A DNA stretch of 40,226 nt from Lobosporangium transversale (Eukaryota), in assembly GCF_002105155.1 (NCBI RefSeq), contig NW_019029078.1, positions 1-40,226 of the forward strand, in the 5' to 3' direction. Position 1 is the first letter of the stretch. Every line of letters starts with the position of its first letter. Positions 30,949 through 40,226 of this stretch are shown in pieces. The translations under genes were made by a program, and so were the position numbers. The notes beneath the pieces were generated by a model. That model was given only the letters and a program-made list of their open reading frames with translations. It did no database searches and was not told the DNA's origin.

Positions 30949-32530
30949 CTAATGTTTGTTTAGCTCTGCATTACCGATCACTGTAATCTCGTCTACGGAA
31001 TCTGAAAATAGAGCTTGAATTGCCTCGAGAGACGTACGAAAGTCTTGATTAGACGTGCATTGTTCGAGACTGACTCTAATGACACTTCTTGCAAGCTTTG
31101 CTTTTTCTTTGTTAATAATCACTGCTTGACCAATTTTATTGAAAAGAAATCCAGCACCAAATGCCCTCCCACGGCCACCTCCGGAATTGGCAATGGTGAA
31201 GATTGTGTATGGCTGATAAAGTATTGAGTTTGTCATTGGCCCAGAGCACCGAGAGAGGTCGTATGTGTTAAACCGATCGAACTTTGTTCTAATCTGCCGT
31301 AGACACTCCACTCCCATATTTCTTGTCACCCTGCAAAGTGATTTCTTCATTTCCTTGCAGAGCTTGACTCGCTCAGAGTCAAAGAAAATACGGATTTTTG
31401 AAGAATCTTTTTCAGAGATGATGAAGATGTGGGTATCACCTCCCACAGAAACAGCTGATTTTCCTTCTGGATCAAGACGAACACAACTTGTAACCAGGAT
31501 GTCGCATGTAAAAGTGCTGATGACGAGCCGCTTGCCATCTTTTTCATGCAGGGTGACTGGATGGATGCCCTTGTATTTGTCTTTTCGGACTGTTTCTGAA
31601 AGCGATGTGTCCTTTGGCACACCCTTCACTGTTGCTGTTTGTTCGGAATGGCAATCAACCATTCTAGTCCGGCCATAGGATTCAACCCCGTTGATTAAGA
31701 TGCAGCTTTGTTCACTTTGTTCATGATCGCACCAGAGAGGATGTGGCTCGAGATCTGCCGTGCTTGCGGGTAGGCTGTCCAATTCAGGTTCAGCAATTTG
31801 GCTGTCTTCTTTGACAGCTCGATGTAATGGCGTGTTGATAAAGAACCAATGAAAGGTGACTTTTCAAGGATGTCTTTAATAGGGGTTGCAATGGGGGGGA
31901 GCATTTACGCATTGTTGGGTGTCCCATGCTGCTGCGCTTTCAGAAGCTTGAGTTGGTCGATTGATGGGAGTGAAAGTTGGCTGGCTTGGTAGTTTGTTGA
32001 AGATCTCCTTCCTGATCATCACATTGTACTCTTTCCCTTCCAGAGCAATTCCGATGGGATATTCACCAACTTTGTCTGCAAAATAGAGTGCCTTTTGCAG
32101 TGATAGTGATGAAATTGGTGATGCTTCAATAAGAGCCTCGTTGAATGATCTCCAGACTTTTGGACTAGGACTGGGATTGACAACACTTGCTTCCACTTGT
32201 GTTTGAATGTAATCGAGGCAGGCTTTGCTCTTTCGTCAAGAATGTGTTTTCGAAATCCTCATTTTGTGTCACATATTTCCTGCAACGATATTGGCCTTCA
32301 CTCCGCTGAATAATGACGGATCCTCCATCACTGAAATAAATAATGCCCCCTGGAGTGCGCCAATCGTGAATGTGGCTGTTAAGAGATGTCGAGCTTGCGA
32401 ATTCTTTCTTGCAAATGTGGCATTCTTGTCGTGTCTTTTGTCTTTTTACGTCTCTTTCTTCGTCTCTTTCTTCGTCTCTCTCTTCATCTTCTCCCTAAGA
32501 CGATTTCGTCATTCTTTGAAGATCGTTCCT
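30949..32530 (-). pseudogene. Frameshifted gene with an N-terminal C2H2-like finger and an uncharacterised C-terminal domain
   Basis: CHICKKEFASSTSLNSHIHDW at ~32360-32425, followed by ORF pieces 31876..32196, 31695..31904 and 30949..31782 that chain via frameshifts. Confidence 0.6.
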
Positions 32531-33008
32531 AAAAAAAAAGAAATTTTTAGTCAGGCATCAGCAATGAACTAAAAAAAAGACAACGATGGATCGCGATGGG
32601 CAAGCTAAAAAAAAAAAAAAAAAAAAAAAAAAACTGAAGAAAAGACAGTAATAGACAATAAGACTGCAATGGACAGGCCAAGGAAACAAAAATTACATTT
32701 CTGCAATTTAAGATGCACTTGTTTTTGGCTGAAGGGAGTGGGCAAAAAAAAAAAAAACCAAAAAAAAAAGAGTCTGGGCAATGAAGACAAAGTTGTAGAA
32801 GTTGGAGAGTCGAAGAAAGAGAAAAATGAATAAGACGACAAAGAGAGAAGAAAGGTGAAGAAAGTGAAAGATGCGGGAATGAAACGAAGAAAGAGAGTGG
32901 ATGGCATTGAGAACAGGGGGGAACAAATATCGTGAGGAAAAAAAAAGGTCCCTGAAAATGGTCGCTGCGGGATGACGTTTTTTTTTTTTTTCTTTTTTTT
33001 AAGGGTGC

Positions 33009-33560
33009 TTACCGTCTCAACGTAGTCTCCGTCAGTAGGCTCTGGCTTGCACACGCTACAGGATTGCTGTTCTTCATTGTTGGTACGCAACCGTGCTGCA
33101 CACAAACCCATTCAATCGCATCCAAATCCACAACCAAGCCTGCTTTCATCTTTATTGTGATTGCATCCTCAAAGTAGAGAACACGACAGCAAACACAGCA
33201 AAAAAAATCAGGACTTCGTTGGGCGTGTTCTTGATATTGCCTCAAATTTCGTTCGACAATGACAGGCATATGACGGCCTTCAGGCATAATGTCCCTAAGG
33301 AATGGGCCTCATCATCCAGCTGCTTCTGAAGCAACCGCTTCTCCTCTTCTCCATCGTATGCCTGTACGTTTGCTGCAGCATCCACACTAAGCAAGGATTT
33401 CGGTAGAGAAGTAAATTATATTCAGCGGTTTGCACAAAGAAATACTTGCAGGCTGAACAATAAAAGTCACAAGTCTGACGTACATGTTTTCTTCCCACTG
33501 ATCATACTCATCCATGTCATCTAAGTTGAAGTGAACCTCTTCGTCGTACAAACTATCATC
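33009..33560 (-). pseudogene. Cys-rich degenerate coding fragment, possibly a Helitron/Helentron N-terminus
   Basis: PDFFCCVCCRVLY motif preceded by acidic exon-like segments and splice-like signals; the family assignment is tentative. Confidence 0.3.
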
Positions 33561-35294
33561 ATGAGAAGTCAAATCGAGAAGCTTAGAAAAAAATAAAAAT
33601 AAAAATAAACAGTATAATAAATAAAATAAAATAAACAATAAGCTCATTGCTTTGCTGAACCAGCTCTTTAGCATTAAAAGATACTTACTTTTCAACTGTC
33701 CCAGCTATGCCAAATTTCGCTAGGTAATGTAGCAGGAAGTAAGGCTTAAAGACTATTAATGTTTCCATTTTAGTGTCATACACAAGAAATAAAAGTACTA
33801 TTACTACCGCTACTGAAGCTCCTTACTCTTCGGCGTTATCAGAGCGCCAACTAAAAGGCCCTGATGAACTAGACAATTGAATAAAATAAGTGAGCAACAA
33901 GTTGAAGGATAACATAAATGAAGTACAGCGCATAACAGTTTCGACAAGCATGCAAAAAGTAATGCCATACTCAGAGCGAGGTCCTTGCCAAGGACTAGAC
34001 GAAGTCTCTTCATTGCTGGAGCCAAAGGAAACATCGTGCCCTTCACTAGACTGAGGGAAACGAGGATCTGACCAAGGACACTCAAGGGGGGTGATGATGG
34101 AGGATCAGACATGGCGATGTTGCAAGATGGGCTTTCAAAGATAGAAAAGCGGGACATGTTGAAGGGAAAATCACGAACATCGACCTGGAAGTCTGTGGAC
34201 ACTTCAGAACAACCGCCTACAACAGCGACCGTGGCACGAGCATAAACTCCCGTTTGGTTGTATCCACCGCTAGACCACCCACCGATGAAGAGGACTCCAC
34301 CCCCATGAAGGTATACGACAAACCCGTGAAGGAGACTCATCCATCGACCACTGCGAAGAGACTGGTGGAAGCCCCACTCCAGCAACTGGTAAGGAAAACT
34401 CTCTAGCTCTCTATTGCTTATTTATACATTTGATTAATTACACTGCTTACTCCATTTAGCCACTATCTCAGATCATCCCAAGACAGGGCGCACTAGAGCA
34501 AGCCGTAAGTTCTAGCACATTTAACAACAACGATAAAAATAAAAAAGAGTTCTTAAATGACTTTGCTTAGCAACAGCCTCTAAGTTGTCCATTTAAACTT
34601 TCTCCTTTTCTGTTCTACATCTAGCCGTCACTGATAAAATCAAAATCCAAAAGAGGAGGTGCGCGCCAAGGTGCCGGAAGACCAAGAAAAGCAGCCCCAG
34701 AAGTAGAAGCAGAAAATCACTAAGCCACAGAGGCAAAAGACCACACAGAAACAGAAACAGAAACAGAATCAAAAGCGGAAGAGGACAAGATCAATGAAGA
34801 CAGCTCACAAGAATCTGATTACAAAAAAAAAAAAAAAAAGAAAAAAAAGCCGAGACTAGAAGCGATTAAAAGAATTAAAAATTAATAGCAATAAAGATGA
34901 ATGAACTTTGCTATTAAAAAAAGAGTGAACAACAAATGCAGCCATGAAAGAGCCTCACAGTTTGTCCTTAAAGTCTTCTGTCGTCTTGATACTCTAAAGA
35001 CATCTTCATCATATTCATTCAGAACGTATTCAAAAAGATTGAATTCAAAAAGACAATGCAGAAAAGCTGGATTGTGGCTACGAAAAAGATCTGAAACAAA
35101 TATCTATGTCACGTCACTTCTGTCTTACATTAATTCACTCGCCAAAAACTGGGGCCTGGGGCCCGAGATTTCAATAGCTTTGAGGGAACACCGAGCTCTC
35201 ACAGCTAGTCAAATCTGAGGTGATACTTCATAGTCGAATAAATAAATGAAAATCAAAAAAGATGCCAGCATGGAATAAAAGTTATGGGGTCTTT

Positions 35295-35373
35295 CAGGAA
35301 TAACTGGCTTGTGGTAGCCAAGCGTTCATAGCGACGTTGCTTTTTGATCCTTCGATGGCGGCTCTTCCTATCA
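35295..35373 (+). rRNA. Isolated 79-nt fragment of 28S/25S rRNA (domain V); non-functional copy
   Basis: CAGGAATAACTGGCTTGTGGTAGCCAAGCGTTCATAGCGACGTTGCTTTTTGATCCTTCGATGGCGGCTCTTCCTATCA matches the conserved eukaryotic LSU stretch as I recall it, with ~3 substitutions. The flanks are not rRNA. Confidence 0.9.
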
Positions 35374-35408
35374 AGCGTTCTAGAAAAATTTTGTTTACGC
35401 GTTTAATA

Positions 35409-35668
35409 CAGTGTTTTTAATTGTTTTCGCCATTTTAAAAAATGGATTCGCTATTTTCAATTTGAGTTTCTCCAAAGAAAAACAAGATTTATCCAATTTA
35501 AGCTAATAAAATTATCCCACAAGTTATCCGAATGTGTCTAAAATATTATCAAGTTCTCCAAATTGATAACCGAACCGATTATTAGAATTATCCAAACATC
35601 ATGTCTTTATTAGCAAGATAGGCGACCAATTTGAGTAACTTTACATACATATTATCCTAAATATTAGC

Positions 35669-35699
<31 letters not shown>

Positions 35700-36398
35700 C
35701 ACTGAACTCTCACAGACCCTATTGTATATCGCGGAACACAGAACAAATGTTAATAACCAAGAAGATGAAATATTTTTAGGGTATGAAACTGACAAGATCA
35801 CACATACACTGGAGCTATCATCCCAGTTCAAGACGGCTTTCTGAGCCTCGAGGTCAACGTAGAACTCTTCGTCATCGGTGTCAACCAAGTTGATAATTTC
35901 AGGTTGGTTCTTGCTAGATGCCATAGTAAATGTGGTTTTGGTGATTTGGAGTGTTGAGGTGAGCTTGATTGAAAAATCTAAGCGGTGGTAACTTTGGTTT
36001 TTTTTTTCTTTGAACCCCACTTCCTTTTATACATGGGTCCCTCAATGCAAGGAAACTACCATTGCCTTCTGGTATTGTGCCAACGCGCCAACGCGCCATG
36101 CTCTTTACAACGCGTTTTTCTTTTTTTTTTTTGAATTCCAAGAAAAAAATTCAACGCGGTGGATAATTTTCAGGACGCGCCGATAAAATCACAAGGTTCC
36201 ATGGTTGTTTCCGCATGACCTTCTGGAATGTTTGAACTGCATGGTTGGACAAAATTTGTAAACACTCGGATAAATTTCTCCGCCCTTTTCGGCTAACTTT
36301 TTAACTTAACTTTGGACAACTTTTTTATTCATTGGAGAAATGTAAAATAAACATAGAGAAACTTTATTTTTACTTAGCGAAAACAATTAAAAACGCTG
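35409..36398. mobile_element. Non-autonomous TIR DNA transposon, Tc1/mariner-like, 990 bp
   Basis: 22-bp TIRs CAGTGTTTTTAATTGTTTTCGC (35409-35430) and GCGAAAACAATTAAAAACGCTG (36377-36398), 21/22 match. TA on both sides (35407-8, 36399-400); imperfect subterminal inverted similarity. Confidence 0.78.
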
Positions 36399-36519
36399 TA
36401 CGTTTATGCGCTAATACGTTTACGCTTAAAGTTAAGGTTGTATTAAACAGCTTGTGCGTTAATAATTTTTTGTGACTTGGTTCTTCTGTTAAGGGGCTAG
36501 TCACTATTTTCTTTTTTTC

Positions 36520-37351
36520 ATTATCACAGCGGGAGCCGACCTATAATGTGTCACTTCTTTTCTTTATTAATTCGCCGAAAATCCATAGTCACTAAATAAA
36601 AATAAACAATTTTTTTTTTTTTTTTTTTTTTTTTTTGCTACAAAACTATGGTGCCACAAAGATTGATCAGCATCTTCGACTTGAGCTCCGGACCAGACTA
36701 GCTTAGGGAGAGGAGGGTGGGACATTATAGGTCGGCTCCCTCGGATAATATGCTTTTCTCTTCATATTATTCGAGAACGCTGTGTAATTATCACAGCGGG
36801 AGCCGACCTATAATGTGCATCCAGAGTTTTGTCCCAGGGTGATCTCAGTAAAATTGGTTCTTGTCTGACTAGCCATGCGGTAGAAATATTGGAAAGTTTC
36901 CGGAGAAGACCAATTACCATGAGCGATGATGTCGTCAATCGATACCCCTGCTGTAGCTGCAGCTGTAGAGCCGAGTGCGCGTGGCTTGATACGTCGGGAA
37001 GCCTTTTCCACTTCTGGGATCTTAGTTGAGATCGAGTCCATGTGATTGGAAATGGTTTCTGCTGATACTGCTCGATTCAAATATTTGGAATGTCGGATGA
37101 GAGGTTGAATTGTCAGACTGTCATCCTTCGGATGTGGTACCTCCAGTGGATGATCTGTTAATCTTTGCAAATACGCAGCAAATGTATTCACAGGGCACAG
37201 TTTCGGATCACTGTTGGAACGAATACAAACTGTCTTCTCGATGCGGTTCCCAAGTCGTTTCTCTTTGGGAATAGGAATGAAGAGCATGAGTTGGCTTGTG
37301 GTCCATGTAGTCTTGGTCAGGTCTATACATCGAATGTCGTCTGGACGAAGG
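36520..37351 (-). mobile_element. 3' portion of a second DIRS-family element (YR C-terminus, ICR-like block, terminal repeat)
   Basis: YR fragment plus a 31-bp direct repeat 36520-36550/36787-36817, an imperfect inverted copy at 36721-36749, and the CCCACCC motif after the ICR. Confidence 0.88.
36808..37350 (-). pseudogene. Tyrosine recombinase, 5'-truncated by an insertion
   Basis: LRPDDIRCIDL...PKEK...LCPV...PHPKD...KPRALGST...HGNWSS...FQYFYR is homologous to the YR at 19750-20265; similarity stops abruptly at 37350. Confidence 0.9.
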
Positions 37352-37675
37352 TGAAAAATATTTAGACAGTAGTTATCAGAAGCTAAGATAAGTGAGAATA
37401 AGATGTGGGTCCACACACCACATCCATGGGGTATTTATTCATTTTCTGGTAGAGAGACTCGTACCAAGTAACTACATATCTATCTAGAAGCGACATGGGA
37501 TTATTCAGGAACCATGTCGTGTTTTGTCGCGTCTTTAGTGACGCGTTATTATTATTATATTTTTCTTAGCGTATTAATTTTGGGAATTCCCCTAGTGTGT
37601 TCCTAGTGTGTTTTTAGTATTTTTCTTAATCTTATAGCTGGGCCGTTATTATCTTGTATATTGAAATATACAACA
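37352..37675 (-). repeat. Putative 3' LTR of the Ty3/Gypsy element
   Basis: The minus strand reads PPT-like AAAAGAGAAAG-T, then TGTTGTATATTT ... AAATATTTTTCA. Internal TATAAG (~37633) lies upstream of AATAAA (~37435), and the CA end coincides with the YR truncation point. The partner LTR is not in the window. Confidence 0.62.
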
Positions 37676-37867
37676 ACTTTCTCTTTTATTGAGGAATAAA
37701 GCATAACATTCCAGGCACCAAGCGGGTTGAGAACGGACGCGAAGGATGATCGCGATTGCTTAGTTCTTTATTTTATGTAAGCGCATAAAAAAAAAATTTT
37801 TTTTTTTTTTTTTTTTTTTAGGAACAAAATAATTTGCTCAAATATCCGAGCATCATGTTTCTCTCTC

Positions 37868-37898
<31 letters not shown>

Positions 37899-38213
37899 GA
37901 TTCTTACACATGCATGAATCAGGTTCAAAGATTGGTTCAAATCAGTGGCACTTATAGGACACGATTATAACTCACAATGATGATTGGTTTGAAAGATCAG
38001 CCAGGATCAGATCATGTGGAGAAAAAGATTTGTAATGTCAGGAACGAATCAGGATGAAGGAGAGTTGTAATGAGAAAAGCAATGAGGAGAATCAACTGGG
38101 GGTCATTGTGCTTTTCATTCCTTCATTCCTAAAACATTGTTGTCACTCAAACTCTTCTCAACACAAAGCAGGCTTTCAAATCTCATTTTATCATTCTTTG
38201 CATTGCTTGAATT

Positions 38214-38900
38214 ATGTCTTTCTCCAACAACACTGCTTCTTCTTCCACCAGCAAAGTTGCTGGCAAAAAACGCGCTCGTGAGGAATTGGAAAGTGATAAG
38301 AGCGCAAGTCGCCAGTCTTCACCTTCTACTGATGGTCCACCCGCTGACCCAGTGTTTTCTTATGTACCGTGGGAGCGTCCTACCAGGGATGGGCGCAGGA
38401 TCAAGAAGCTCTTTTTGGAGAGTGAACACTGCAATTTCAGGGCGCGGACAGAGAGTCCACTCTATCAGGATGGGGATGAAGTGCGACCTCGCAAGTATCT
38501 TTACCTGGAGGGAGGACAAAAACTTGACTTATACAGTAGACCTATAAGCCGTGACAATTTTGACGTATTCTGGGTACATGAGCCATCGTTGTTCAAGCAA
38601 CTGAGACGTCGTAACCTGATGTTGGTCAAGGAGGCGGACTGGCAACGGTTAGAAGCGTCAGCCAAGGCATCACAACATGCACAGGTTGCTGTCACTTCAG
38701 TAGCAACGGAGACGGAAGTTGTGACAGAAACGTCAAGCAGTTGTCAAGAGTCAACGTTGGGGATGTCAGAACGACAACTCCGAAAGGTTCTCACTGAATT
38801 AGAGTCAGTTGATGTAGAGTCGCCTCGTAGCAAGCTTTTGCAAGAAAGAGCAGCACTGTTGTTAGATGTGTGTAGAACCTTTAAACCAGTTGCAGAATAA
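38214..38900 (+). CDS. Hypothetical 228-aa protein, antisense to Gypsy pol
   Basis: Clean ATG-TAA ORF with protein-like composition and a basic NLS-like motif (GKKRAR); bounded by poly-T tracts; no family recognised. Confidence 0.65.
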   Translation: MSFSNNTASSSTSKVAGKKRAREELESDKSASRQSSPSTDGPPADPVFSYVPWERPTRDGRRIKKLFLESEHCNFRARTESPLYQDGDEVRPRKYLYLEGGQKLDLYSRPISRDNFDVFWVHEPSLFKQLRRRNLMLVKEADWQRLEASAKASQHAQVAVTSVATETEVVTETSSSCQESTLGMSERQLRKVLTELESVDVESPRSKLLQERAALLLDVCRTFKPVAE

Positions 38901-38929
38901 AGTGTTGTTTTCAAAATACATTTGTTGTT

Positions 38930-38962
<33 letters not shown>

Positions 38963-39192
38963 ATGCATGCCAAAATCTCATTCATTCATTGGTTCATTTG
39001 TTCTGATCATCACGCCATTTGAAATGACTAATGGCAATTGAAGAAAAAGGATGTGAATGGATGCTTGTGGGCATAAATTGATGGCCATTTCGTTTTCATT
39101 CCTTCATTCTTCATTTCGCCATTCTCACACTTTCAGCTAAACTTCAAGACACTCATATTCCTGTGAACAATTCCATTATACACATATTCAGA

Positions 39193-39684
39193 ATGTCTTC
39201 CAAGAATGTTCCTCAAAGTTCACCTTCAAGTTCACCTGTTGAACTTCACTTTTCTTTCACTAGTGGGGAGAATAGTTTTGAGCACGATGATAGAGATCCT
39301 GCCTTCAGACAAGCCGACCGTCATGCACTTTGGAGAGAGAGAGGGGATCCTCGTTATCGTGATCGCTCTCCGTCTCTAGAGATTGGTGGGTCTATTGTGA
39401 CCGAGTCATCCACAGGGACTTCGCTTGGTGTGCGGAAGCGCGGTGAGGAGGATGATGGAGAATCTGAACGTGCGCAGCATCATCAGCGCCGTAAAGTATT
39501 GGAGGAAGTAGACACGATGGTCTTGGACATCGTAGCTCTTTACAAGATGGTGCGTGAGCAAGGAGAGATAATTGCAAATCTGACCAAGCAGGTGGAGGAT
39601 TTGCAGAAGCAAGTAGGACGGTCAAGGAGATACAATCTGCGTCCTACTTCAAGTAGAAATAGCAACCGTAAAGAGAAGAAATAA
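39193..39684 (+). CDS. Hypothetical 163-aa coiled-coil protein, antisense to Gypsy pol
   Basis: ATG 39193 (MSSKNVPQ); heptad-like VREQGEIIANLTKQVEDLQKQV and a basic tail RRYNLRP; AATAAA at the stop. Confidence 0.6.
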   Translation: MSSKNVPQSSPSSSPVELHFSFTSGENSFEHDDRDPAFRQADRHALWRERGDPRYRDRSPSLEIGGSIVTESSTGTSLGVRKRGEEDDGESERAQHHQRRKVLEEVDTMVLDIVALYKMVREQGEIIANLTKQVEDLQKQVGRSRRYNLRPTSSRNSNRKEKK

Positions 39685-39715
39685 AGCTTTGCGATTGTTG
39701 ATTTGTATGATTGTT

Positions 39716-39755
<40 letters not shown>

Positions 39756-39833
39756 GTTATTGCTATTACTCTTATTGTGATTGTTACTGTTATGGATACT
39801 GAGGTGGGTATAAATAAGGCGGTCGTGATATAT

Positions 39834-40226
39834 CTAACGACGCATGCGTCGACGTTTAGGTCGAGAGGTTTTTCTGACAGATGTATGGTCATCAGACGTT
39901 GGCGACACATTCTGCACCGAGTCAACAGGTTCTGATAGGGAATTATGAGGTCGTTTGGGCTAGCATTAACAATCTTAGAGGCGTGATGATTGGCCCAATA
40001 TTCAGTTATACATTGTCGTTCAATGAAGTGTTCTTCAGGTTCCCATGTATTGAGATCATGTGGATAATTTTTCCATTTGACGAGGTATTCATACTCATGA
40101 GGGGACGAGGCATTTTGCCGATGATCAATTATAGTTTCCACTTCATATGTGTCCGTGTCTTCAAAGTCATCAAGTACGAGTTTCAATTGAGATGGAGCAT
40201 AATGTCTGGCCAGAATTGCACCTGTG
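39834..40226 (-). pseudogene. Ty3/Gypsy pol C-terminus: integrase tail plus chromodomain, with a probable frameshift near 39940
   Basis: TGAILARHYAPSQLKLV, then YEVETIIDHR...YLVKWKNYPHDLNTWEPEEHF (chromodomain). A plausible basic C-terminus SRPKRRRMRR* lies in another frame (stop 39834-39836). Confidence 0.85.

Larger units (their letters stand above)
37352..40226 (-). mobile_element. 3' part of a chromodomain Ty3/Gypsy LTR retrotransposon (chromovirus), running off the window end
   Basis: Integrase tail plus chromodomain, PPT and LTR-like block in the correct order and orientation. Confidence 0.7.

Noticed and set aside
33810..35218. ORFs 33810..34385(-) and 34901..35218(+)
   Set aside because: No recognisable motifs; the region looks like decayed plus-strand coding sequence of unknown origin.
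35295..35373. Functional rDNA unit
   Set aside because: Only 79 nt, with substitutions at conserved positions and non-rRNA flanks.

Overview
Eukaryotic, intron-containing, transposon-rich fungal DNA. Gene families and TE types point to an early-diverging fungus, most likely Mortierellaceae (inference). From left to right: (1) a near-perfect inverted duplication of at least 2.1 kb (1-2100 vs 3562-5660) carrying the promoter and 5' part of a two-finger C2H2 gene, around a Helitron-derived spacer; (2) a two-exon, ~2008-aa NLR-like gene (helical/ARM-like N-terminus, NACHT, pentapeptide repeats, WD40); (3) an apparently intact DIRS tyrosine-recombinase retrotransposon (16332-20639) plus two DIRS 3'-end remnants whose termini have the opposite 'flipped' configuration; (4) a small spliced gene that the ORF track mis-starts (22138-22525, minus), encoding a 93-aa secreted precursor with three identical Cys-bridged cores (SIGCRLTNSCP) separated by acidic spacers, which is the best candidate for a new peptide system; (5) several decayed Helitrons with non-canonical CTCG 3' ends; (6) zinc-finger pseudogenes; (7) an isolated 79-nt 28S rRNA fragment next to a TA-flanked TIR element; (8) a chromodomain Ty3/Gypsy element nested in a DIRS recombinase, carrying two antisense ORFs. 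All calls come from reading the sequence by eye; no database searches were run.
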